Source of the DNA: Utricularia gibba
Lineage: Eukaryota; Plantae; Magnoliophyta
Direction: 5' to 3'
Assembly: GCA_002189035.1 (NCBI GenBank)
Contig: NEEC01000008.1
Location: 3,038,001 to 3,102,000, forward strand
Length of the DNA stretch: 64,000 nt
This document shows positions 36,887-49,048 of the stretch, piece by piece. The number at the start of each line of letters is the position of its first letter. The first letter of the stretch is position 1. A program made the translations under genes and the position numbers. The notes under the pieces are model-generated. The model saw only the letters and a list, made by a program, of their open reading frames with translations. It was not told where the DNA came from and did no database searches.

Positions 36887-38746
36887 GCCTTCATACTAAT
36901 CAGGGATATGTGGAGCTCCTGCAAGACAGCAAGAAGCCTCATTGACAGTGCATAGGCCTACACCTCTTCATGTTTAACAACAAGACAAGCTCTTGAAATG
37001 CATCAGACGAAATAGCAGACTGTACAAGAAATGTAGCCCACTAATAATTGCCATTGCTTGCTTAAATGTACACATTCATCAACCCGCAAAGGGCTACCAA
37101 GAGCTTTTGGGTAGTGGTACAAGAAACACGTTGGTGTAGAACACCCAGAAGCCAAAGAGGTGGATGCAACCGCACCCCATCTTGGAGTGACAAGTGTACT
37201 GGAGTGTATGGCCAAGAAGGAAGGAATCGAGCCAAGGAACGACCCTCCAAAGGCTTCAAAACGACACGCAAGAAGACGCTCTTCGCTTGGTCCTCAAACC
37301 ACAGATGCTCTTTGCTTTCTTTGGTTTGCACTTTTTAGTCTCCACCACAACTCAGCACCACACGGCGTGTGATTCCTAACCTGGTTACGTTTCAAGATTC
37401 CAATTTTGGGCATAAGAAAACGCCCACATCTACCTTTTATTCATTTAAAATAGTGTAAGATCACATCCAAGGATGTCTCGCATCATCCCAATTTTAGATT
37501 CGGTTGTTTTTTTGATAAGTAAGAATGTAAAATCTAAAATATTGAATGTAGAGTACGAGCAAATAATATCATATTAAGAGATCATATATTTTTAATATTT
37601 GACATCAAAATTAAACCAAATTTACATAATGATGCGGAGACATGCATTCAAAGGAAGAGGGGTGTGAGCCTTATTTTAGAATATATCAATATCTCATATT
37701 GGTTAAAATAAAAAAAAATTATCTAATATTGTAGAAATTTTTCCTTTAAAGAAAAAATATATAAAATCCTAAAATTTGAAATACGTAAAAACATATAAAC
37801 AATTTAAGAAAATGTACGTTTTGAAATTGGTCTGTCTGAATTCTTACAAATAGAATCGAAGGAGACACATCCACAAAGAGTCACATGGTGTCCCTTGTCA
37901 CTATTCCTCTCTACTCAATTATGTCCATTTTCCATGTCGAGCCCCATCATGCTAAACTCATTCGTCATCCTCATCATCATTTACATAAATGGATATGTCC
38001 TTATACATGATGAAAATTTATGCTCTTTTTGCATCGCAATATAAATTTCAAAAACTTACACCTTATTACTATGATCAAATAGATTGTATAATATATTCGA
38101 AAACGATGTTACATATTCATTATAAGTTTGATAAAAGTCCAACATTTGGGACATCATGTTGTGGGTAGTAGACGAAATTTTGACAGGTGAAACAAAAGGG
38201 AAGGATGAGTCTCATCGAATTGGTCACATTCCTCAGGTTGATGGGTCTTCTTCAACTTCATTGTCATTTTTTATTAAATAAAAAAATTCATATTCATAAA
38301 AGCCGGCATACAAAAATAGGCATATTATACAAAAAAAGTTACTTCTTTTATGAGTATGTGAGAAAAATGATCATTGATGAATGTAAAATAAATTGTACGG
38401 GTGGTCAATTTTCTAAATGAATTCATATTATTATTATTTAGAATGTAACGATTTATTCCATTAATTTTTTTTACCCAAAACCCTTTGAACATAATTTATT
38501 TTTAATTTTTGATGATAAAAATAGTCGAAAATATTTAGTTACAACTTCAAAGTATATTTAAATTGTAGAATATTTTTAGTGGATGCTACAGTATATTCGT
38601 TATTTTTTATAAAATTTCTTATCTCATTTTATAATTATAATTTAAAATATTAAACAAAAAAAGCCGGTTACATGTAAGAAGGTAACAAAGTAGTCGTGTT
38701 TTTACAAAGAACGCATGTCTGAATCAGCAGAAGGGTTCTCAAATCA

Positions 38747-39556
38747 TTATGTTTGAGACCTCTTGCAGTGGGCAATGGCGGCTTCTATGGAACTTTCGAT
38801 GTCGGAGGCGCTCGAGCTCCTCCTCAAAGGGCGTGGCTCGTTGGAATGGATCGAAGACTCTGAAGATGAGCAAGATGAAGAGGGGGATTTCGCCGTCGCT
38901 GGAAGCCGCTTAATGGCGCCGGAGAAGGATCTCCGGTGAGGAATCGTCTCCTCTGCATCCCCATCTTTGTCCAAGATCTTGATCATGGAAGCCAGAGAGG
39001 AATAATTAAGCACTTTCCCGAATCCTCTGTCCTTGGGAATCTTCTGCAGCTTCCCAGATTGCCCATTCTCTGCCGCAACTGGGGTCTCATTAGAGCAACC
39101 AGATTTGATGAACCACGATTTCAGCTTCTTCCCCGCAACCAAACGCTTAATCAACTTAACCGTTTTGCTGCTTCTCCACCATGCCTTTTTGGGAGGATCA
39201 GCGATGATGAAACTGCTTTCTTCAGTAGACCACTCAAGGAAATCCTCAGGATTCATTTCACAGCTTACTCTGCACGAGTCAGATGGAGAAATAATGCAGG
39301 AATCCAATGGGGTGAAGCTGCAGCAATCTTCTTCTTCTTCTTCGTACAGCTCCGTTGGGACTTCCGGCCGAAGGAGATTCTCAACCAGGAGGCGGCGAGA
39401 GGAGACGAGCAGAGGCAGAAGCTTACCTTTGTAGAAAAGCTCGTCTGCAGGGGCAGTAACTGACTCCTCCGGCATTTTGAATTCGAAGTCTCGTTTTCGC
39501 GGAGACGAGGAGGAGCCCAAGTCCATGTCTATGTACTCCTCCTCTACAGACGCCAT
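38747..39556 (-). CDS. MAKR1: Membrane-associated kinase regulator (MAKR/BKI1 family), 269 aa, intronless
   Basis: EEEYIDMDL, DFEF, PADELFYKGKLLPL and C-terminal ESSIEAAIAHCKRS. Confidence 0.88.
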   Translation of the reverse strand: MASVEEEYIDMDLGSSSSPRKRDFEFKMPEESVTAPADELFYKGKLLPLLVSSRRLLVENLLRPEVPTELYEEEEEDCCSFTPLDSCIISPSDSCRVSCEMNPEDFLEWSTEESSFIIADPPKKAWWRSSKTVKLIKRLVAGKKLKSWFIKSGCSNETPVAAENGQSGKLQKIPKDRGFGKVLNYSSLASMIKILDKDGDAEETIPHRRSFSGAIKRLPATAKSPSSSCSSSESSIHSNEPRPLRRSSSASDIESSIEAAIAHCKRSQT

Positions 39557-39864
39557 GGAAGCGCACCAGACAAGGAGAGGAAACGCGAAAGAAGAAAGGA
39601 GAGAGCTCGCAATGAACTTGGAGAAGAGAGGAGCGGACTGAATGATATTTTATCAAGTGAAGAAAAAGTATAGCGCAATGTCAATTGTCAGTTTCTGGTT
39701 TGTACTCATAAGAGTATTCATTTTAAACATTTAAAATAATATTTTAAAAAATCATTTATAAAATACATTTTTTTAATCATATAAACATATTCTTCAAGTT
39801 TATTTAAATTTGATTCTACATAATTTAATTGACAAAAAATTTGTATAACATATAGAGTTTATAC

Positions 39865-40060
39865 GATAGTAAAATATTAATATGTTTAATTATAGTGTAA
39901 TTATATATAATATTTGATATTTAATAATAAAAATTTAAATATATAAGTGATATAGTTATACAAAATTGATACATATATTCTAATTAATCAAATAAAATTT
40001 ATATATAAATTTGGATATGAATATATTATATTATATTATATTATTAAAGAACCTCATAAT
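39865..40060 (+). repeat. Dispersed AT-rich repeat family A copy
   Basis: gatagtaaaatattaatatgtttaa...tttgatatttaataataaaaatttaaatat...ttaatcaaat...aatttatatataaat matches 12283-12412 and the reverse complement of 27640-27870. Confidence 0.5.
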
Positions 40061-40973
40061 AACACATCTTTAAATAAATAATAGTGTTTATTAAACACAC
40101 ACACATTTGTTCAAATTTTTATTTCCTAAGACAATTAATTTTATTCATATTTAATTTCAAATAAAATAAAAAAAGAAATCCTTAAAATTAAAAAAAACTC
40201 AAATTATTATTTTCGAAAATATTATTATTGAGTGTATTTATTTTTTATGAACATTTTTCAAGACCATCCGTACCGGTTATGAAGGAACCTACCTACTTCC
40301 CATAGAGATGCGGGAAGTGAATCCAACAAGTGAAGCTGAGAGGCGGGAGCCGAAGGGAAGGGAAGGGAAGGGAAGATTGATGCAGTGCAGCAGCTTCTCG
40401 GTGGTCCTGCGACGCAGACGGCACCTTTTTGTGGCAGGCTTTGCATTTTGTGGCATCAGTCCACACACAAACAGACAGACATGCGTAGCCAGCAGCCAGC
40501 CCCAGTGAACAGTCGAAAGAAAAATGGAGTAATGTCACCCGCACCCACCTTCTGCAATCCAACAAAAAAGTTGTCTGCCTATGCCCAGACCCATTTCAGA
40601 GCAGATTAACACAAGAAGTAGTACTTCTTGCTCCATGGGCCCAAACAAACAAAAACAACACTCTTCCAGGGAAAGGAAGGAAGGGACTGGTGTTGTACCA
40701 GATGGATGGATGGGTGGATGCTACTCTTGACAGTTCGTGTTATGAGTCTATTATTGCCCTTTTGAAGAAGGGAGCCAAGACCATCATCATATTTCCTTTC
40801 AAACTCATGGTTACAATGTCGCCACAAGAGGCTCAAGGAGCTACTTCTCCTATTGCTTTCATGGAATCTTGATAGCAATGACGTCCGTGTAACAGGATGT
40901 GCCAAAGCGGATGAAAAGGATAAGAAAATTTCCCTGGCATCATCTGAAGAATTTGGAAAATGTAGACTTGCTG

Positions 40974-43900
40974 CTACAAGTCGATCTCAGGTAAAGGTGT
41001 TTTCCAGTAGTTCCATGTGTTGTACTCTTCCTGCAACAGAGTAGAGGTTGATTTGCACGAGGGTCCATTGAAACAGGAGGTTCGAAGTTCTGATGAGCAA
41101 GAATGAGTGCTCTCATATACAGAGAAAAAAAAGAAAGGCATACCTGCTCTACCAGTGATGTTGGGGGAACATATCATGAACAAGTGTGTGGAGTGATGTG
41201 TATGATTTCACGTCAATACGGTGATTGATAGCCACCTCACCCTGCAGGAGACAACCTAGCATGAAGTTTGGATAAAAGGTGCCACGTTGTAACATTGAAT
41301 AGAGAATGAAACTGCATGCTGAACCTTGGGGTTGATGATGAAGATCTTGCCCTTTGGGATCCCGATTCGCCGGTAGCTGAGCTCGTCAGTGTCTCGATTA
41401 CCAAATCCTGCGTAAAATGGATTGTAATCTGGAGGGAAGAGTGCTTTGATATCCTGAAAAATGCATCAGAATGTTCAATGCTGCACTCTCTTCACTTGTA
41501 AATTGAGAGTAAGGTTACAGAAAAATGTAGTGTACCTCTAAACATGCAATCTTGAATTCATGGGGAGCTCTTCTGATTACTGTCATCAAAGAAGTACAAA
41601 TCACACTTTAAACCAGCATATTTGAAAAAGATGGAGTGGAACACAGAAGATGCATATAGCGTGTTGCAAGATGAGGGATGCACCTTCTCGGTATAATGAG
41701 GGAAATAAGCCATCAGGTGATATAACAACAGGTCCATTCGGCAAGCTTTTCCCATCCTGCGAGTATTAAAAGAAATTGAAGAGAGGTGAAAAAACAAAAC
41801 AGTGACAGACTGTTTAGCCAAACTATTGATTTAATAACAATAAGCAGTGAGGTTATTATTTTAGATAGAATTCAGATACCCGAAAAAAGAAACAAAAGAA
41901 ATCGAGAAAATATGTATGGGGTAAAACTAGTTCAACATCATTGTTAGAGCAGCAAGCACCTGCTTGAGATTGAATAGAAAACTTTTGGTCAAGTAAGCTT
42001 GAACAATGGCTCGTGCACTGAGAAATAAGAGCTGGTACCCATTCTCCTGCAGTAGCAAAATTGAGAAAATCAGCCGTCTGAAAGAAATTCCTCCAAGTAA
42101 ATAACGTCATCCATCATATTGGTATAACAGTGAAGTTATCAGAACAGAGATGTTGAAGTCAAGAGACAATGAAATTCAATGCCACATCTTTTCAGTTCAA
42201 CAGGAAATGCTCTCATATGATTGCAAGCTAGTCTAGACATAGCCTATAAGTCTCCTTAGTCTCACAGCATCAGTGAAAGAAAAAAAACGAGCTTTTTCCA
42301 ACATAACTCCAGTGCATTGGGAGTTCAATGCATTAACTAATGAAACAACGGAATCAGCAAACTCATGTTCAACAACATTTGTTTGATTTATGGTTGGAAA
42401 AAAAAAGAGGTCACCTTGATCGCAGAGAAAAGTCGAGCTATCCCAGAATGTGTCCAGTCTCTTCCAACAAGTGGCATAAACTGACCAAGAACATCAGACC
42501 TGCAGAAATGCATAATCTTCAAAGGACTTACACACCGAGAATGGTATGATGCCTCATTGAATGATCTCCTAAAAAGGTGAGGCAAAACTGACGAGACAAA
42601 AGTCATTCACACAAGTATATTACTCTTTTCATCCCTATTAAAGTGCCCTTTTTGGCATAGAGCTTAATGAGAAAATAGGTATCTATTTTGGACATCTAGA
42701 TTCATCGTAAAAAGTAAGTGACAAACAGAAACCACTGCAGCAGTATGCTATGACCGTGGTTGCATATGATGCCAAGTTAAGGAAAGATAAGAATAAATCT
42801 TACTTGGTAATTGTCCCATCTACATCAGAAATTACAATTCGGGTATTCCATTTCCACAAGTATATATGAGCTTCAACCTGTAGTGCGTAAAGGGAAGTTT
42901 AAGCCTTATTATAGGTATTCAACTACAAGAATAATCACCAGGAATGGCGTACCAACCTTTTGTGATCCAAGGACTCTGGTAGAAAATATAAAATTCACCA
43001 TGTTCTGCCCCTCTTTCAGATTTAAGGAGCCTATTTGATCAGTAGTGGGGACCTTGGTTCTCATGAACTGTTTGCGGGGTGACTGACTGCTTCCATAGGA
43101 AGCGAGACTTGAAGATATAGATTGGCTTTGTGGAAAAGATTCAGCATCGAGAAAATTTTCCTCGGTTGATACACTACTAGTTGTATGCTCAAGTGTCTTG
43201 ACTCTCCTAAATGGGATTGGCCATAGCCTCCATTGGCGTCTTGGAGTCAAAGTTAGTGCAGAATCGCCTTCCTTCTGTTCTGTAACGGATTCCACAGGGA
43301 TCACATCACGAGGTTCAACAGGCAAATTCAGGCCAAAAGCAGCTAGGCCAAGAATGATATGCATAGCTCTGATCCATGGAAGATACTTCCCTTGTATCCT
43401 GACAACCAAGTTCTCGTTCTTCACGATTGTTGAAGCAGACAGTTTAAATTCCTCTACAGAAATGCGGTTGGCCTCAAAGACGTCCTGAGCTGCAGTAGAG
43501 CCCATTCCAGCATGAAGCAAGTTTCGACAAAGAGATATCTCCAGACCTGTTGACGAAGATGAATTCAGCATACTTTTAGACATACAATTACAGCTAGTAC
43601 AGTGTGATAAGAAAATTCATTCCACACTCATTCCAAAATCACATGATATGCCTTACTGGTACACCGGACCTTCTAGATGAGGCTCATCAATTTCGATTTT
43701 GTTTTCATCTTCAGGAGCAAGGACGTCCACATTGCTCAGGTTCGTTTTGACTGGTAAATCCACACTTGCTTGTTGTTCTGACTCTAAACTACTACCTGTG
43801 TTTAGAAAAGAGGTATCATGACCGTCTGAATCTCTAACTGAAGTACTTTCATCATCAACTGATTGTCTTTCAGAACTAATATCCGTGACAACTGTTTCAA

Positions 43901-44790
43901 CTAGCTCTTGAAGCTCTCGTGCAGGGTACACATTGTCTCCCTCTATTCCATCGTGTTCTACATGTAGTTGAGAAGAGGAGCACTCCCCGACTTCGGGACT
44001 TACCTCATCTTGATAAATCTCAGGAACAGAAGACTCTGATGCCCATGCCGCTCCATCTCTATCAAACTCTTCAGTCCCTCCCCAGGTCCAAGGTGAAACT
44101 GGGGCGTGCTTAGTTGCACGAACTCACTTTTCCCCTCAGTTGAAGATAGAGGTGCCGTTAGAATATGCCCATCGATACTCACCAACATGACTTCAGATGT
44201 TGCATTCTGTGATTCTAGTGCATTCTCCACACTTTGCAGAGTGTCATATCCACCTGAATCACCATATTCTTGGAATTCAAGAGAACCATCGAGAGATGCT
44301 TGTTCATTCTGAATATCATAGAATGTATTACAATCAGATTCAACTCTGACTAACCTTGTTTCACCAAGACCATGAGATTCATCTTTCGTCTCTTCTCCAC
44401 CATAAAAATAGTTTTCTGTTAAACCATTGAAGCCATTTCCTTGATCATGACTTTCATCCCCGTTGACCGTCTCGACATCATTCTCTTTGAATCCTTCCTC
44501 ATCATCCTTATCCGGATCAAGCTCCCTAAGAAAGTAGGCTTCACCCGAATTATCAAGATGCATGTGGAAGTTGGCCTCAACGCCATTAACTTCAATCCGC
44601 ACAAGCTTCTCAGCTCCTTTCAAAACCCCTGAAATTTTCCAAACCGTACATACCAGGGAGTACTCCTAAAGGTTCCATCATTCTGCTTAACCACAATTAT
44701 ATCAACAGCCCCGCCAAACGGATGAAATGGCGTGGCAACTGAATACATCCCTTGAGTGATAAAACTACTAACTCTACCAACCACATTCAT
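40974..44790 (-). CDS. PAH1: Lipin-type phosphatidate phosphatase (PAH1/PAH2)
   Basis: N-LIP MNVVGRV...[35 protein letters not shown]; C-LIP exons with [12 protein letters not shown]|SDVLGQ (DxDxT), [65 protein letters not shown], last exon [10 protein letters not shown] to stop at 40974. Three single-base gaps in G/C runs (44626-44629, 44076-44078, 41163-41167). Confidence 0.95.
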
Positions 44791-45560
44791 TTCTGTACTA
44801 TCTCGTTACACACAACCCCAAAATTCAAGAAACTCGATTCCAAAACCCCACCAAGATCTTCACTTTCCAGAAATCAGAAAATCCTCAGAAACCCACTTGC
44901 AATTCACCGTCAATACGAAACCATTCAATGAAAATAATCCTGATTTTCACCCAACTCAAAGCTGGAGCAGATAACAACAAGAACGTCCAGATTTTCCGAG
45001 ATCAACTTTCTGGACCCCAAAAATTGACCCGGAAATCAATATATCTGTCACCGAAGTACATCCATCTTCACCCAAGATTCCAAGAATATATCATCAAGGA
45101 TGCTCCCTCCCTCTCTCTCTCTCCAGCTCGGCTTTTCCTGGGTCGCTTCGCCTTCCTCCAAGAAATTTAATAACCGGATTTTTTGGTTCCATGAAATTTA
45201 CTAGCGGCTGCGCTCCACCGCATTGGGTTGTCTATTCTGCATCCACAAACAATTCAATAATAGGATTTTAATAATATAAAGTAATATTATATTATTCCAA
45301 TAATTGTATTTATTTTTCCTATTTTCTTCTCCAAATCCTTATCCAAACTCTCAAAACACACATGGAAAATAGGTAACATATTTAAGTTATTTATATTTAA
45401 ATAGATAAATTTAGTATAGTTAATATTGATATTTAATTTGGTATATAGATTTTATACATATGTATTTAAAATAATATTAGTCTTGGATATATATTTAGAA
45501 TAGATAATTTATACTAATTCATAACAAATAAATAATTATTTATTTAACATAACTATGAAA

Positions 45561-45706
45561 GAGTGTTTTGGTAGAATGAGAGTTTTTAAATACTTAATTC
45601 GAATTGTTTTGTAAAACATTTGTATATTGAAAAATATATTTATTAAACATTTATTGTTATCAAAATACAGATTTTCAATTAATTAATTCCAACTACCAAA
45701 CGTCTC
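45561..45706. mobile_element. Small MITE with Tourist-like TIRs
   Basis: Left GAGTGTTTTGGTAG (45561-45574); right CTACCAAACGTCTC (45693-45706), reverse complement GAGACGTTTGGTAG; AT-rich interior. Confidence 0.55.
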
Positions 45707-46306
45707 GTTATAATTGTACAAACGTCACAAAAGATTAAGGCGAAATTTAAAAATAAATAAATCAGACGGTGGGTCCCATTTTAAGGGAAATGCAATTTTG
45801 GGCCCTTAAGGCCCATTTTGTAGAGGTGAGGCATCTTAAGGCCCATATTCTCTTACGGTACGTTGCATTGATAACAAATCCTGTCCGTTTAAATAAGCGT
45901 GGTACAGATCTCAGTTTGCAAAGCTTTTGCCGTCGGCGAAATTAGGGTTTCGAATCGGAATCGGGATTCCCCTCCTGAAGGTGGGTACCTCGTCGCTTTT
46001 GTGCGCTTCGCGTTGAGATCTATGTTTCTCTTTTGATATTAGCTCTACAGTTGAGTCTACTTCCTCTGCGGTTGGCGTACTGTGTTTTTTGTCGCCACGT
46101 AAACGATTAATTGTTAGCTAAAGGGTTGTTCTCTAGATTTTGATGTTCTTTTGCTCCCATGGAAAGGATTTTGATCGTGATTAGGTCTGTTCAAAATTGT
46201 AGCAGCTGTGCGTTACCTAGACCCGATGAAGGATTTGGTTTCTCGAAGTTTTATGACCTCCGTTTTTTTATTGGTATTGCCTTTCCTCCTATTTTTCAGA
46301 ACAAGG

Positions 46307-48350
46307 ATGCCTCGCTATGAAGATAGGTATGGAAGTACGACTCGTCTCTATGTTGGCCACTTGTCCTCGAGGACTCGATCGAGGGATTTGGAGCACATTT
46401 TCAGTAGATATGGAAGGTACATATTAGATTTTTAGTGTAAGATATGTTCTTGAATTGCCTGATTCATGCGTCATGTAGAATCTTCCTTCCTTTCGTTAAA
46501 ATTCCATGGGTTGCCTTAGTAACTGGTCTCTGGCTGTGTTAATTTTTCTTCGTGGGCATTTTTTTGTCGTTGCAATTGTTTGATGCTATTTTAAGGCGGC
46601 ACAGCAGTGCCCTAGGTTCTTTTATCTTGACTTCAATGATTCTGTTGAAGGTTTCTGATGCTTTCCTTGATTTGGTGGTCAATGGTGGGAAGGTGGAGTT
46701 TCCTGACCTGGTGGTCATTGGTGAGGATGGACTTGGTGGAAATCCTTGCCGGTTGTTAGAAGCATGTGGCGATTTTCTGTGTTGTCTTTGCATGTTTAAT
46801 TGAATCAAGTCAAACTGGTGTTTATTCCGTCTTGAGGACCAAGTTTGATGATGGCCTTACTCTTTATGGCAAACCATTTCCGCAGAGTTCGTGATGTGGA
46901 CATGAAGCGAGACTATGCTTTTGTGGTATGTGCCGTCAATCTATCTTGTATTGATGATTTGTGCAACTTTTCTTTCATTGAATAAAGACCTAATTTTTCA
47001 TTTCTTAATCTACACAATATTGGATATATTGTGTTCGTTTGTGTTTTTCTGTTTTAATAACGCAGGAATTCAGCGATCCAAGGGATGCTGATGATGCAAG
47101 GTACAACTTGGATGGGAGGGATGTTGATGGTCGTCGCGTTACTGTGGAATTTGCTAAAGGGGTAAGTTCAACACCCCTACTCCCTTTTCCTTGGACATGT
47201 GCCAAATTGGATTACACAGTTCTATTACTGTAACAAGCTGGTTGCCCCGGTTAGCTTGGTAATGATACTCGTGCATCACATTATATTCATGTAGGTTCCA
47301 CGAGGCCCTGGAGGGACAAGAGAGTATGTTGGTAGGGGTCCAGCTCCTGGGTCTGGACGTTGCTTCAATTGTGGCCTGGATGGCCATTGGGCTCGAGATT
47401 GCAAAGCAGGTGACTGGAAAAATAAGTGTTACCGCTGTGGGGAAAGAGGTCATATTGAAAGGAATTGCCAGAACAGTCCCAAGAAACTGAGGTTAGGAAT
47501 TCCTGACTTTTAGTGTTGTATCGAAGGAGTTTGTGTGTTTTTTACACAAAACCCGTGTGTTACTCCTTTCACACCGTTTTTGTCAGATATACAACTCCTG
47601 TATATCTAAAATATAACGTTTTTGTTCCAGTGGGCGTGGGCGGAGCTACTCAAGGTCACCTGCTAGATCCAGATCCCGATCTCGATCTCCTCGCCGAGGC
47701 CATGGCCGAAGCCGCAGCCTCAGCAGAAGCCGTAGCTACAGGTTTCACTCTGTTCTCTTCTTTCCCATGCTTTCTCACAAGTTTCTGTTTACATTTCAAC
47801 TCCTTGTCGAACCCCCTACCAGCCGCTCAAGGTCACCAGTCCGTAGAGGACGTGATGCTGAGTACGAGGAGAAAAGATCGAGAAGCCCCAGTGAACGTCG
47901 CCAAAGGTCACCACCGCGCAGAGGGCGCGACGCCGAGTACGAGGAGAAAAGGTCAAGATCAAGAAGCCCCGACGATGGTAACACAAGGTCACCAGTCCGC
48001 GGAGGGCGCGATGCTGAGTACGAGGAGAAAAGGTCCAGGTCAGGGAGCCCCGATGATCGTCACCCCGAGCCAAGACGCAGAGCCGCATCCCCCTACGAGT
48101 CGGAGAGGACACCCGACAGAGATGCCCCAATGGACAGAAGCCCTTCACCTGTTCGAGGTAAACTGGAGCGTGACCAAGATGGCTACGGCGAGAGCCCCAA
48201 GGAGACCAGTCGCAGCCCCCTGACCAGAGGTTCGAGGAGAGCCCCTATGATAAAAACGGCAGGGAGCTCAGCCCCAGCCCCAGGGCTGATGACCGGGAAC
48301 CCGCCGATGATGAGAATGGCGGCTCTCCCCCAGGCAGTGAGTCTCCCTGA
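46307..48350 (+). CDS. RS2Z33: Serine/arginine-rich splicing factor, RS2Z subfamily (RRM plus two CCHC zinc knuckles), about 360 aa after correcting one frameshift
   Basis: Exons 46307-46416, 46886-46925, 47066-47161, 47295-47491, 47631-47741, 47823-48350. [52 protein letters not shown]. One extra C at 48216-48220 gives the typical end ...GSPPGSESP*. Probable 5'UTR intron from about 45981 to 46299. Confidence 0.95.
47829..48055 (+). repeat. Three imperfect tandem coding repeats (about 75-80 nt period) in RS2Z
   Basis: RSP(V/P)R(R/G)[13 protein letters not shown] occurs three times; the nucleotide core gagtacgaggagaaaag is identical in all three. Confidence 0.9.
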
Positions 48351-49048
48351 AACGCCGGTGCCGGCGTGCATTCGGGATGATGCTTTCCGTCTCTTGTATT
48401 TCACCTTTGGGATTTCATTGTCTGTTCGGCGACAACTTCTTCACCTGCGAGTAAGAACTTTTCTGTTGGTTTGCACAACGGACTGTATTTTAAATTTTTA
48501 AAATATTCATATATTACAAATATTAAGGACCTTGGAGTTAAGGACGTGTGTTGTAGAATTGATATGGAAGTTTTTGATGGAAAATTAAGTATTATTTATA
48601 TATTTGGTTCGTTGTTTAAATTATGTATGAGTAAAAAAAATAATTTGTTGAAATCATGTAATAAAAGATAAAATAACTTAAGAATTGAGTTTTTTTATAT
48701 TCCTGGAAGATTTTTTTATCCCAATTAAAATTGAATTCATCTATTCTCTTATATCTAATTAAACGTACTCTAAATAGTTTTATCGTTATAGAATATAATC
48801 GAGGAAAAAGAAGAAATTATTTAATGGTGAAAATTATATAACATGTATAATTGATGGTATTTTATTAATTAAATACAAAATAAACATAATTTGCTTTACA
48901 AAAAAATAAATTAAAAATAGAAAATGAGGTTTTAATCCGAGGAGGGTGTGTCGCTTTTCCGAGGACTTGTGTCTGTGGACGTGCGTCAACTTTGGTTTTC
49001 GATATCTCCTCTCCCTTGGGTGCTCTAACACAATCCACAGAAAGTCAA

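Noticed and set aside
37000-37380. Overlapping short ORFs downstream of TRM
   Set aside because: No motif or splice support; consistent with 3'UTR or intergenic sequence.
38936-39463. Plus-strand ORFs of 133-175 aa
   Set aside because: Antisense to MAKR; no independent evidence.
40258-40905. Short ORFs and GGGAA repeats downstream of PAH; possible miRNA
   Set aside because: No match to conserved miRNAs I know and no convincing hairpin; plausibly PAH 3'UTR.
42185-42260. Possible degenerate duplicate of the [12 protein letters not shown] exon inside an intron
   Set aside because: Similarity is weak and stop-ridden, and the real exon is intact at 42046-41960; probably chance.
14369-48220. Programmed frameshifting or mass pseudogenisation as the cause of the eight frameshifts
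   Set aside because: No shared slippery heptamer or downstream structure, unrelated genes, all single deletions in homopolymers and no accompanying decay. Sequencing error is far more parsimonious.
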